In this document: positions 49,401 through 62,870 of the stretch, in pieces
Position numbering within the stretch: position 1 is the first letter of the stretch
Layout of the letters: each line of letters begins with the position of its first letter
NCBI GenBank assembly: GCA_028534125.1
Contig: CM052816.1
Location: 50,532,001 to 50,596,000 of the forward strand
DNA: 64,000 nucleotides
From: Lama glama
Taxonomy: Eukaryota
Direction of reading: 5' to 3'
The notes under the pieces: generated by a model
Database searches by the model: none
Told to the model about the DNA's origin: nothing
What the model saw: the letters and a program-made list of their open reading frames with translations, nothing else
Position numbers and translations under genes: made by a program

Positions 49401-51686
49401 ATCCATTGATTATCTCAGGTTTGGAATGACTGATGCTCATTTGGCTCGAGGGAACCACCCTGAGATCTGACAGGAAATGGTGGATTGTTTATTTTTTAAT
49501 TAGAAAACCAACTGAGCTCCATGAGAATCCATGTATATAAAATTGGACCTTACCTTAGAAGCCACCCTCCAAGCAAGGACTCTTAAATCGCGTCCTGCTT
49601 ATTATAATGTTTCTATTTAGAACTGTATACTTTATCACTGGCTCTACAATTCTTTAAATGAATCATTCCCTATCTCCTCTTAGTTACTGCTAATGGCTCA
49701 ATTCTTCCACACTGTTAATGGTTCACAGTGGGGGCTTGTTCAGGGGGCTGTGTGTCTGCACTGTCCCAGCCATCACCAGTCCTGCTCTCTCTGAAATATG
49801 GCTGGGTGCCCAGGGAATGAACTAGCTACTGCCTGGTAGAGAGGAGAATCAAAGACTGGCACTTGGCAGGGACCCCGCTCTTGCAGCTGCTGCCTGCTAA
49901 ATTATTGCTGATGTGCTTCTCCAGCCGCGCACAGCAGGGCTGGCCTAACGCAGCAAGGAGCGCCCTCCTCCACCCCCTCCTCTGGCCCTAAACACAGGAC
50001 TTGGGTTTCAGAGCTGGAATAAAGGGGGCACACTGAGCTGGTTCTGCCCGAGCCACAACAGCAAGCATGTCTGTCCTGCACAGATGCTGAAATGCACGGG
50101 ACACATTTCCTGCTCTTCACATGTGTCAGAACCTGTCTAGACTCCCACCGTGAGCCTCCTGTGATTGCTTCAGAAGCTTGGTAGGTTTTGCATGGGTATA
50201 TGAGTCAATTACATTGAACTCCTGAGGCAGAGTAACGCCATTCAGACAGAGCTTTCATAATGTCAAGGAAGAAAGGTCTCAGCGGGAGACACAGTGAAAG
50301 GGTAGAAGCCACTTTTCTTCCCTTTGCTTCAAGAAAAGAATCAGGGTCAATCAACGTGAGCTTCGCCAGTGGGTTTTTTTAAACTTGGCACTACGTGTTC
50401 TGTAGACTCCCTGAATACTTGTTAGATGTGTCTGCTGAGGATGATATTTGGAAAAGAGACAGGGGCGGTTCCTAGAAAGAACCCAGGGTCACAGAGCCCC
50501 AGTCCAGGACCCCCCGCATGACTGTATGCCTGCAAATGACTGGGGCTTTCTGTGCCTCTGTTTTCTCATCTGGCTCCTACATGTGTAGATACATAGATTG
50601 CTAGTCCTGGTTACTGACTACAATGTTTAGGATGAATCTCCTGTGATGCCAATACAGATGGCATTGCATGTATAGGATAGCTATGTTATAAATTATAACA
50701 TCAATTATACTTTTATGCTGTCCCCTTCCCACATCTCATGCTCAATTCTACCCATCAGAGTGGGGCAAACTCCACACTAAATCCTTTTTTCCAAGGCTCT
50801 TACATGAAAAAAACAGGGCCGCCTCCCTTTTTGGATAATTTCCTTCTAAGAGCCATTTGGAGCAGAGGGCGACCATAGTTACTGGCAATTGATTTACCTT
50901 ACTTATCTTGATAAGCTTTAATTACACTTAGAAATTTTATGATCGGATCTACCTATGTTGCTGTGTCAAACTGAAACATTCTGTCTGGCTTTTCTTTCTT
51001 CTGAAGATACAATGTACTCAAGGGAGTATAATTTAAAAACCAAAATTTTGTTAAAATAAAAAAACACACACATTTGCCTTCCGTACCAGCTGAAGCCTAT
51101 TCTTCGTTCAACTTTCAAGAGGAAATTTACATTTAGCAACTAAGCGGGCTCCTGTTCATTGTTTGCGCTGGTTGTCTGGTAGCCTCTGCTGTCCAAGCAG
51201 CTGACATGTTAATGTCTCATTTTTTGACAGGTCACTTTTCTATAATGTGGATCCTACGGCCTTAGAATATTTTCATGCTTTTAAAAATGTTGTTGCAAAT
51301 GAACTTTGAAAGAAGTTACATTTCCACCTCAAAGGTAAACCCATAAAAAAGCTAGTATGAGAAGTGCTCTATACAGTGGCACGGATTTCATTTTATATTT
51401 TAATTTTCTCTCTGACAAACCTTTCAAGAGGTGAGTCTCCAGCATTCCCTTTTATGTGTAATCTTCAAGATAATAAGGGAGAAAAACCAAGAAAGCTTCT
51501 TATCTCTGTAGGTGGTTTTTCACGGTGGCAAAAATCATCTCAGAGAAATGGCTTTAATGTAGTACAATTCCAGCTATTTGTGGTGGGGGCCTGGAAACCC
51601 ACAAAGGAGTAGCACATTCTGGGATGGACTCTGTTTACCTTGGGGAAATCCATGAACTCTTTCAGGTTCCTGGGGTTCATTTAATC

Positions 51687-52016
51687 CAGCACCATCCAAT
51701 AGAAAGGTGATGTGAGCCACAAATGTAATTTAAAATTTTCTATTTTCTATTTTCTATTGGCCATGCTAGAATAAATAAAAAAAAAGTGAAATAAATTTTA
51801 ATAACACCTTTAACTTAAACTGTTATATCTAAAACATCATTTCAACATACAAGCAGTATAAAAAATTATTAATGATATATTTTCCTACTTTGTGTTGACA
51901 TCAAGTCTTTAATGCTGTGTGTATTTTGCACTAACAGCACATCTCAGTTTGGACTTGCATGTCTCAAATGCTCAGTTGTCACATGTGGCTAATAGCTAAG
52001 GTATTGAACAGGGCAG
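51687..52016. mobile_element. MER33/MER3-like hAT-Charlie element
   Basis: cagcaccatccaatagaa...gtgagccacaaatgtaatttaaaattttcta...cagcacatctcagtttggact...cacatgtggcta...gtattgaacagggcag. Confidence 0.75.
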
Positions 52017-52302
52017 ATTTAATTCATTGCGTTTTACCAGAACATATAATGGTGCCTGAGGGACCAGAAGGAATTGATGTGTCTCCAAACTACGAGCAGC
52101 TTATCGCCTTTTGTTTTTACCAAATGTTCTTAAAAAGCATTTTTAGCAAAATACTTCTTTGATGCATTGAACCATATAATCATTCATTCCTTCGATATTT
52201 AGTTATTACTGGGCACTGAGCTTGTCTCAGAGACACCTGATTTTGCAACTTTGAAAGGTGAATAACTGAATTTCTCCTTACTTCTTACTGACAGGATTAC
52301 AT

Positions 52303-53347
52303 ATTTTAATAGTTTTATTATAGAGTAGTTTTAGATTTACAGTAAAATTGCAATGATAGTACAGAGTTTCCATATACCTCATACACAGTCTCTCCAAATA
52401 TTTCTATCTTATACTAGTATGGTACATTTGTCACAGTTAATGGACCAATGTTGATACACTGTTATGAAGCAGAGTCCATACTTTGTTCAGATTTCTTTAG
52501 TTTTATCCTAATATCCTTTATTTGATCCAGCCAACCACATCACATTTAGACTTCATATCACTTTAGGTTCCTTTCGGCTGTGACAGTTTCTCAAGCTTTC
52601 CTTGTTTTTAAAACCTTGACAGTTGGGAGGAGCCATGGTCAGTTGGGATTTGTTTGATTTCTTTTCACAATTAGACTTGAGGTTATGAGTTTGGGGAGGA
52701 AGAGCATGGAGGTGAAGTGCTGACTCTGTGACTTACGACTGTGATGTTAACCTTGACCACTTGGTTCAGGTAGTATTTGCCAGACTTCTACATCTAAAGT
52801 TAAACTTTATCACCTTTTCCATCCAGTACTCCTGGGCAGGAGGTTATTCTTTATAGTCCAAACTAAAAGTAGGGAGTTATGTTCCACTGCCTTGAGGGCA
52901 GAATATCTACATAAGTTATTTGGAATTCTTTTTGCATGAAAGACTTGTCTATTTATGCAATTTATTCTTTTAACCAATCATATTTTCTTATTATAACCAT
53001 TTGGACTTAAGAATATTTATTTACTATTTTGAGTTACTATCCAGTACAACTTTACTTTGCTGCTCAAATCATTTTAGATTTGACTGGGCCCTTGGCAGAG
53101 CTTTCAGTCGGCTCCTGTGCCTCTCTGACATGCCCTCATCATTCTGGTCTTTTTAAGTTCTTTTTGTTTTGTTGTTTTGCTTTTAAAAAATAACTTCCTT
53201 ACTTTCTGGCACTATGAGATGCTCCAGGATCATTTTATATATCTCCTGCCCTAGTGCTAGAATCAGATGTTCCTCCAAGGAGCCTGGTTTCTTTTATTGG
53301 AGAATGGTAAAACAAAAAACAGCAACAAGATCTAAGTGTTGGGTGCT
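52303..53347 (-). mobile_element. L1MC/L1MD-type LINE 3' end
   Basis: tagagtagttttagatttacagtaaaattg...gtacagagtttccatatacc...tggtacatttgtcacagttaatggacca...ctccaaggagcctggtttcttttattggagaatgg. Confidence 0.8.
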
Positions 53348-53581
53348 TAACATTTTATAAAGCATTGTTAGTAATTTATAGTCAGTTTCCCCTGAAAAAA
53401 AAATGAGCAACATATACTAACCTGAACATTTTCCAGGTGACATATTTACACATGGTAAAATCTGAAGAGCATCTGGGATCTTTTAGCCTAGTGCATTATG
53501 ACCAAGTCTCTCCTGTCAGTGGTGATCCAGGTGTAGGACAGGAAATGTACCCGAGCCAGGCAAATAACACTACTCACAATC

Positions 53582-53583
<2 letters not shown>

Positions 53584-53619
<36 letters not shown>
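53584..53619. repeat. (TG)18 microsatellite
   Basis: Perfect dinucleotide run seen directly. Confidence 0.95.
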
Positions 53620-53620
<1 letters not shown>

Positions 53621-56149
53621 TGTGAGTTAGATATGAAACACAGCAAGTGATTAGAATTTAATGTTATTTATGTTATGTTATATGATATGGTATGATATGA
53701 TACTATATGGCACCTGAAAAAAAATTACCTCAGTAAAATAGAAAAGCAAATGGGTTGGTCCCTTGCCCTACCTGCCCCAGTACTATAAAATCATTAACAA
53801 TATTTTTTCTAAAAAGTCACAAAGTGATTTTTTTCTTAAGGTAAATTTGGACTAGGCCAAGTGAACCTTTCACTAAAACATCCCACTGGAGATGGTCTCG
53901 GAGCAAAGAAGGGAAGCATTTCTTCCAGCTGTGGAAACTCTCATGCAAACCAGTTCTGGTGTTTGGTTGTTTCCTCTGCTTCTAATTCAATAGGGCAGTG
54001 ACCTCATTCTCGCCCTGCCCAATGCTGGGCTACTAGCCCTGCTACCTTCATTCTGGCCACCCCAGATCTGTCTACAGCCAGCCGCTCTCCCACCCCTTCC
54101 TTCTGTCTATACCCTGGTGGTATCCTCAGTCTTCGTGTGCATCTTGCTCCCACTTACACTTAATCCTTCAGATATAGTCCCATAAACTCTTCTGTGTTTG
54201 GTCAAGTTGGTCTAAGGAGAAGTAAATCACACATCCCGGGTGTAATCCTGAGACCACGATTTAGACCTATACTATTTCAGACTCTTATTGAACTTTTGAA
54301 ACAAAACATTAAAAATGACGAATTGCTCCACTACATGTGCTATATTAAACCTGTGTTTGGGAGTTCCATAATCTTGCCAAAGATTTTAAGAAAACTGCAG
54401 CCTGTGTTCTCAATTTCTCTTTCTCCCAAGACAATGTATCTGAATTAATATGCATCACCTCTCATTCATTCGCTCTCTTTTTCATCATAGTATTATTTGA
54501 CCCCAAATTTCACCCAAACTACAGACCTTTTTACAAAATCCCTGAGGATTGACATTTTACCATCTACTGTAATATCTTCATTGCCTGGAACTCACTTCTT
54601 TGTGAAGTGTACTCTTTCATTTTTGGGAAGGTCAATTTATAGAAAGCTGTCCTTCAGAATGAACTGAAACTTATCTTATCATCTGCATGCATCATTCCTG
54701 GAAGCCAAAGAGATACCATATACAGAAATTTCTTGAAAGAGCAAAGCGTTGAATAAATATAAAGTCTATTAATATCAATTCTACCACATAGAGTGTGAAA
54801 ATTAACAAGCATACTGTCCTATCCAAGCCGTTGGAATAGGTGAATATGAGACCAGGGTTTCTAAGCAGCACCCACCAGTCTCACATTAATCCATTTAATC
54901 AGTTTTCTTGAAATAGCTTAATGAAAGACAAAGACCAAGCTAAGCCAAGAGTTAGAAAATAGAAACAAAGCCAAAACAAGGGGAAAAAAAAAACAAAAAC
55001 AGAACCGAAGATTAAGGCTGATGTAAGGCCAGAAGGAGCAGGAGGAGGTGGGTGTGGCTGAACATCTTGGTTGCTTAGGACACTTCTGTATTTGAGATGA
55101 GTGGGAGCAGCGGTTTCATTTCCCGCTTCTCTCCTCATGGTCAAAGACAGCGTCAGAGTACTTGAGAAATTGTTCCAATCTGAGTGCATCAAATGAAAAA
55201 CAGCACTAGTTTGGAAAAGAGTCCTAGATGAAGGCCTGAGAAGATTCTCCAATTTACTTTCAAACGCCATTTTGAGAGCAGTCCTTGAGGCTTGGTTGGG
55301 TGTGATCAGCTTCCAAGCTATGCTATGGATGGACTGCCCTGCCAGCTGTCCTGGATCTGGGGGTCAAGAGAGGGCAAGAACAGAGTAGGATTGAATCCCA
55401 AGTCTACGGGTGTCCACTAGACAAATCTGATATGCACCGCCACGTCCAAACTTCTACTGATGGTTGGAAATCACTGGAAGCTATGTGGCATTTCCAAGGC
55501 TGTAAACAGAACACCTTGATCCAAGTAACACAGAACACTTGGATACACATGAGATGAACTATGGGAGAATTTCAAGCTCATAAAACTTAATATGCAGTTC
55601 TCACAGAGGGTGAGAAACTGGTTCAATCTATAACAGAAATGATTAAATATGAGTAACTTCTCGATCCTTTGGAATTGAAGTGAATACTATATATCACTTG
55701 GAACATAAATTCAGAGTTCAAGGTAAGGTCTAGGACACTGCACATGACCTTATACCATGATAATCAGACCCTTATACCAAATGACCTTACATGTTTTACA
55801 GAGACAGAGTCTTTAAATATTTTCTAAATCTCACCATGATCCTTTCATAAATGTTAGCTTTGATAGCAATCTTAACATTCGGATAAGAGGTCCAAACTAG
55901 CTAGAAAGTTTCTAAGATATTTATTGTATACACTACTATTCAATGTAATGTATATAATATAAATCTATAAAATGCGTTTGGCCCAACCAAAAGATCATAC
56001 TAAGTTTTCTTTAAAGAATATTAAAAGTAAGTAGTAAAAACCCTGCTTGGAACATTTAGCCAATATGAAGAATTATCTTACATGGTGCTCTCCCCAAACT
56101 GGAATATAATACAGCAAGCAGAATTCTAAGTGGTAGTATATTAGCCATT

Positions 56150-56662
56150 CTTTTCATCATTATTGAGGTATAAGTGACAAGTTAAAATTGTATGTACTTA
56201 GGATATACAATGTGCTGTCTTGATAAACCATAAACATTGTGAAATAATTACCGCAATCAATCAAGGTAATTAACATACCTATCACCTCACATTGTTATCT
56301 TTTTTTTTTTGTAGGAAAGATTAAGATCTCTCTTACCTATTTTTTAGCATACAATAGAGTATTATTAACAATAGTTACCATGCTGTACATTGGATCTCCA
56401 GAATTTATTCATCTTGCATACCTGAAGCTTTATAATCTTGGACCAACATTTCCCCATTCTTCCCACCCCCATCCTCTAGGAACTACCCTTCTACTCTCTG
56501 CTTCCAAGAGTTTGACTTTTTAAAATTCCACATATAAGTTAGATCATGCAGCATTTGTTTTTCTGTGCCTGGCTCATTTCACTTAGCATAATATCCTCCA
56601 GGTTCATCCATATTCTTGCAAACAACAGGATTTTCTTCTTTTTTAAGGCTGAATAATATTTC
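56150..56662 (-). mobile_element. L1MA-type LINE 3' end
   Basis: tattgaggtataagtgaca...acaatagttaccatgctgtacattggatctccagaa...ttccacatataagt...tcatttcacttagcataatatcctccaggttcatcca...ttttaaggctgaataatatt. Confidence 0.85.
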
Positions 56663-58639
56663 TAGTTTGTTGAACATTTTTATCATCAAAAGGTGATTGA
56701 CTCTTATCTTGTCAGATGCTTTTGCTGCATCTACTTTGAGAGTCATATAATTCTATTAGGCATTACTGAATGCTAACTGAATGATACCATTTAGTACACA
56801 GAAAAACTGATTCGGTGTACAATTTAGAATAAAAATTAAGATCCACCCTTCACGAGGAGGTTTGACCACAAAACCAAAGTAACAGTCTGTATATCATGTT
56901 CCAAGTCCATTTTAACTATCTCTATTTTGTTTTTTAAACAACGGAAAATAGAAAGTGCTTAATGATATTCTTCTTAGCTGAGCAAAATCCTAGAATCAAC
57001 TTGATCTCTGCCTGTCACGTCTCAAGCCCTCTTCATTGCAGTATGGATTTGGTCCAAGAAGATGAACATCCTCTTTTCTCATAATACAGAGCATAATAGA
57101 CACCCACCGTTTAACTAGCTACTTAAAAATACTTTCCATGGAAGATGATGTAAAGAAAAACCTTTCATCATATCCACCTACTTGCAGCCTCATTTTTCTT
57201 TTTCTGTCAAATAAACCTCCCAAGAAGCTTGTCCTGAGCGCCAAAAACTCCTGAAGTACATTCATTGACTCCCAGAGACAGAATTGGAGGGCAGACTTTA
57301 AAGGTCTCATAGTTCAGCCACCCCCACAAACACTCTCGCTTCTGAGCTTCTTCTGGGTTATGTCACCTCCCTGAGTTCCCAATGGAATGAGACATTTAAA
57401 TTACAACAGCTCATTCAGAAACCCAGAGCAGCTGCTGATTTGACTTGGCCTCTGCATTTGTGTTTGAGAGAGGGTCCCGGTTGTCTGGTTCACTCCAGAA
57501 AATTATTATAGATGATGTAGTTGGGTCACATGACACATAGTTTAAAAAATAAACCACCCTCTTGTTGACATATGACCTAGAACTAAGACAGAGGCTTTAG
57601 TTCATGTGATGAAATATTTGGCTCTCGGGAAATGTCAATGGCTTTGTTTTTCTTAGCATGGAAAGCCAATTTATATTTTGATATTGGGCTGATTTTCAAC
57701 TGTGTCAGCATTGTGGTATCTCAATAAATTGGACTATTTGCTTTCTCCTCAGCAAGAATAAGTTACAAAAGCTTTTTGAAATAAGAGACCTTAAGAGTCA
57801 TTCTCTCTTCTCTCGGTGCTCTCCTTGGCTGCTGGCTTGCTGGCCTGGGGCTTTTTACCTGGTGGTCTGATGAGTCATGGCATTAAAAAAAAAAAAAGAA
57901 GATAACAAGGATATTTGGGTGGTTAAATGTAGGGGCAATTAAAAACCTGCTGGGTGGGCTCTTTTCCTCTAAGGCCCAGATGATGATTTGGAAGATAGTA
58001 GTGGATTCTCTTTGTGGTGCCTACAAATATTCTAGAAAATGGAGTAGGAAGGGAATGTGAAGCACATTCATCAGAACAGACTGTCTACAGGTTCTCAGTC
58101 TTCATGTACTTCACACAATTTAACAGATCTCCAAGAAAGTTACTTTTTTTTCCCAGCTATAAAATTGACTTAGAACGATCTGGACACAAGCAAGCTTGAT
58201 CACAGAAGGAGGTATGTCTGGTAGTGGGCTGTACTACAACTCCATATCTTGCCTCTTAAACCAGCTCCTTCTGTGCTCTCTCTCTGCTGATACTGTTAGC
58301 AGCTACGAAGAGCCATCTTGGAATCTTCTTTGGCTTACCTTCCTCATCCATATACACGTGGTCAGTTGCTTCTCAAATACTTCTCATTACTTCTTCCTGC
58401 CATGGCCACCACACAAGTTGGGGGCCTCATCTTCTCATCATGGGGTCATGCAGTAGTCTTTGAACACTCTCCATTCTATCTATCCCATCCTATGCCTCCA
58501 GAATGATCTTTCTAAAATTCAAGTCTAAACACACCCCTGCTTAAAAACCTTCAATAGCTCACCTCGTCAGGATCAAGTTCAGATTTTTAATGAAACATGA
58601 AATGGGGGTCGGCAAGCCAACCTGACCTGTATTTGGGAG

Positions 58640-58870
58640 GCATACAGCTTAAGAGTGTGGGCTCTGGAGTGTGGGTGAGTGGGAACCTAGCTGGTCTGTT
58701 TACCATTTGTGGGATTTTAGGGAATTACCGGAACCTCTCTAAACTTTAGTGACTTCGTTTGTAAAACAGGGAAAGTAATAGAATCTACCTCATGGAATTG
58801 TGAGGAATAAATTATATAATGCAAAAAATACTTGACAAGATGCCTGACAGAGAGCTACTGCTCAGTGCTT
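58640..58870 (+). mobile_element. MIR SINE
   Basis: ttaagagtgtgggctctggag...tttgtaaaacaggga...tctacctcatggaattgtgaggaataaat...tgcctgaca. Confidence 0.7.
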
Positions 58871-61800
58871 GTAAACTTGTATTGATATTGTTGTTGCTTT
58901 TATTTTCCTAGCACTAGTATTTACAGGTTTTCCCCAAATAGTTTCTAGCCATATTCAACTTTGGTCTGTCCCTGGAAAACATCCTGTGATTTCCCACCAT
59001 TTTTCAGGTCCTGCCCAGGAGGAAGGGGCAGACTTGCTAAAGGAGTTATGGCTCAATACAAGGTGCTACATTTTGGGTTGAATGAGGGTGGTGTAATCCA
59101 GGAATTTTCCACAAATATGCTGACACATGAACGATTGCTAGGATCAAAGTATAAGACAGATTGGCTCCTTTATCAAGCCAACTGGATGGAGGCCAACTTA
59201 TAATAGCAGACAGGTCATACAAAGCTGGTGAAAACTGGTATTTCAAGAAGAAAAGTTTAGTAAAATTGAGCATGTAAGCATGCAAGGGGGATACCCTGCT
59301 CTGTGGGACACATCCCATTCTGCCAGAAAGGGGAGGATTCTTAAAAGATCCATACCAGGTTGGGCAACTCTCTTCTTTGCCTGGATTGGCTTTCTTTGCT
59401 GATTCCTTTTGGTCTTTCAATGGCTATTTCAATTGTCCATTCTCTATCAACCTTCCCTAACTCCCCGAGTGTCACATGCCCACTCCTGGGAGCTCTCTGT
59501 CTTGTTACTTCTACTAGAATACATCCCAGGATACAAATTTGGCTTACTGTAAGTCTTCCCTGTTAGATAGTGACCTCCTCAGTCATTGTCAGATACGTGG
59601 TAGGAATCAAGTGAATGTTTGTTAAATGAAGGTACACAAAGCACATTTCTTTCTAAGGTACATTTCTGACCTGGCTCAATTTTATTTCTCCTGTTCTGAT
59701 TTCTCTCAGGTACAGGGTACTTTGAAAAGAGGGAACACTTACAGGATCTTTGACTGACAGCCTAAAAAAAAGCTGTGTAAGGATATCAACCTTGAATCTA
59801 AGGATAATGGAAAACAGAAATCTGGCTGGAATAAACTGGTCACATACAGATGACATGCTATCACATGAGTAGAAAAAAATTAGGATGATCCATAGGAAAG
59901 CATATAAGGATTCTTGGGAAAAAATATAGGAAGTGGAAAACTGGTGATTCTGACTGACCTGAATGCTAAATACTTCATTAATTTTTCCTGGCAATTTCTT
60001 TTCCCAGCAATCTGGCTCTCTGGGTCTTCTGTTTACCAACTGTGTGATCTTGAGGAACTTAGAATCTCTGAGTCCCAAATTTCTCCTAGGTAAAATGGAG
60101 TGGGAATGCCTGTTCTGCCTACTTTATTGGTATTAATTTTCAAAATGATGTGTTAACACAGGTTTGGCCTGGTCATAGTGTTTCCATGAATAAGAGAGGG
60201 TAGAGAAGAAATGCCAATTTGCGGTTGTTTGTCATGTTTTAACTAATGTAACACTTTGGACCCTGTGATTACACTTGAACCCATCACTGAGGTAGTCACT
60301 TTGTGCTTTCAAATGAAAAATTAATGATTACCTAAAAATATTGAGTGAATGCTTTCCTTATCAGAATTCTGAAGCTATTTTACTGTATAGCCCAAATCAG
60401 AAATGCAATTGTGCAGGCCATCATAGTTTGTATTTGGGGATTAGAAATCATCCTATGAGTAGAATGCATATCACACACAAAGTAGAACATTTTAGGGTAA
60501 AATTATGGACTGAACTAAATGAATTTGTTTATACTTTCACCTTGTAGTGCTTGATGTTGTAAAACTGTAGTTTAATTGAGAATGTGATATTAATATGCTT
60601 TAAGTGACTTTATAGGAACTTGATTGCTATTATAACTACAATTATAAACTGTAACAAGCCAGGCTACAGAGAGAGCTTTTGGGGCTAGCTTTCTTTATAA
60701 TAAGTAACTAAGAATAACTGATAATTCATTGGTTGTAATTTGGCAATAATGTAATAATGTTAATTTGCATATAACTGGATTTAAACACCTTTTGGCTGCG
60801 CTTGCTTCATGTAATATTAATGACTGAGAAATGTCTTCTGGCTATATAATTAATATATGAAAGATATTTACTAAATTGTTGAAGGTATTTGAGGTAGTGA
60901 AATATCTTAAACTCCTTCTTTATCATCTTATTTATACCTTTTATTTTCACTAACCAGGTAGGTAAACTTTTAAATAAAGGTACACTTTCCCTTTCACTTT
61001 TAATGGAATCATATCAGGGAGGAATTCATTTAAAGTCATTTGTGGAAAGAGGTGTGAATCGCTAGTTCTATAAAGTTTATGCAAATTTTGAAATAGGATA
61101 TGATACCATCAAAAATTAAAAGAACTGTCTGGAAATGCAAGGAATTTTAAACAAGCAGTTACTTGTTCTACAAAGTTCATTCAAACATGCATCCCTTTCT
61201 TCATTCCTTTATGAACGAGCACCAGCCACCATGCAATTTTCTGTAGATCTCTTCCAGATAATACTAAATTGTAAGTGCAGAAATAAATGAATCTATTTAT
61301 GTTGTCAACTTTGGGTACCTGATGTCATAAACCTGGAGTTCTCATTGAAAAAATGATATCAATATGACCTTTTTCAGAGTTTGATTATATGACTTATTTT
61401 ATGAAGCAAGAACTAATAAAATTATTAGTTATCTTAATCAAGAACCATTTGAATACTCATAAATTAAAGATAGTTAGATGTCAAAGCTATAAAACCTAAG
61501 AAATGAAATGGACCAGACAGCTATTTAAAAGAATTCCCATGTGTCAAGTTGCATAAATAAGTGAGGATTAATTTTCTCCCAGATAACATGTTATCTTGTT
61601 TTATGTGATTAGAAATCCCCACTGGGTCTGATGCTAATCTCTCCTCCAAAGGTTTGGATCTTATCAAGTTTGGAGCTACTTTGGAAAAGAGAGAGTGCTC
61701 TGCAGAAGAATTCTCAAGAGCCAGTATCAGTTTTTATAATCTGTTTCTGGGCTAATAAGAGAATGGTTGAGTTTACACAGATTATCACTTGTGGCTGTCT

Positions 61801-62002
61801 CATCAACTTGACATTGTACAGGAAGAGTACTCAGAGCTCGAGGAGGCTCAGACAGGGTCAGACAGGTAGAAGTTAGGAGACCACTTTTTAATGGTTTGTC
61901 TTAAGATGCTTTAGGCTTTGTTTTGTTTTAATTTTCTTTTCCTTCTGATGTCCCTAAAATTTCCCTTTTTAGCCTAGGGACTTATACATAAAAAGTCTTT
62001 GC

Positions 62003-62205
62003 TTTTTTTTTTTAATTGAAGTATAGTCGGTTTACAATGTAGTGTTAATGTCTGTGTACAGCATAGTGATTCAGTAATACAAATACATATATACACTCTT
62101 TTTCATTATAGGCTATTATATGGTATTGAATATAGTTCCTTGTGCTATGCAGTAGGAACTTGCTGTTTATCTATTTTATATGTAGTAGTTAGTATGTGCA
62201 AATCC
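62003..62205 (-). mobile_element. Short 5'-truncated L1 3' end (3'UTR similar to the 11342-16789 element)
   Basis: Poly-T followed by aattgaagtatagtcggtttacaatgtagtgttaatgtctgtgtacagcatagtgattc...gaatatagttccttgtgctatgcagtagg. Confidence 0.85.
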
Positions 62206-62479
62206 AAAAATTCAATGTTTTATTCATTCAAAAAACATTTCTTGAGTGTCTGTTACGTGCCAGTTACTGTGCTAAGGGACTGAGGATGTAGCAAGCAGTG
62301 CTTGTACCTCTGGGGCTTGCAGCGATGGTGAGGTTGGCCTTAACCAAAGAGTATACAAGAGCAAGGTGGGCCCTGCATGTGTCTCTCTTCGTTAAATACT
62401 TTTTTTCACTGCAGCCTTCTATTATGGTACTTATTGGCTATATTCAAGTCCTCCTGTCACTTTATATTTAAATACAATG

Positions 62480-62870
62480 ACTATTCATCAATTCATTCAT
62501 TCATTCATTATTCTTTCAATAAATATCATTTGAGTGCCTCTATCATCTTTCTAACAATTGAGGGATAGAAAAATGAGCTAGTTCTGCCCTCAAGCATCTT
62601 ATGTTCTAGTGTGTCTATGTGTATACCCTATGGCGGTGATGCCACCAGTGAGAGTTATGGAAGTTCGGATAAAGGAGTGATTATTTCCAGCTGACAGGAT
62701 CAGGAAAAGCTTCATAGATGAAGAGTCTGTAAATGAGACTTTGTGATTAATGAGATTGTGAACATATGGCAAAAAGAGAAAGATACCCCAGGTAAAGGAC
62801 AGGAGAACAAAGGCATAAAATTGGGAACTCAGGGAGAATCCACAAAGCAAGAGCAAGCATTCAGTTTGGC
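62480..62870 (-). mobile_element. L2 LINE 3' end
   Basis: (TTCA)n tail, aataaatatcatttgagtgcct...ctgccctcaag...gatcaggaaaagcttcatag. Confidence 0.6.
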
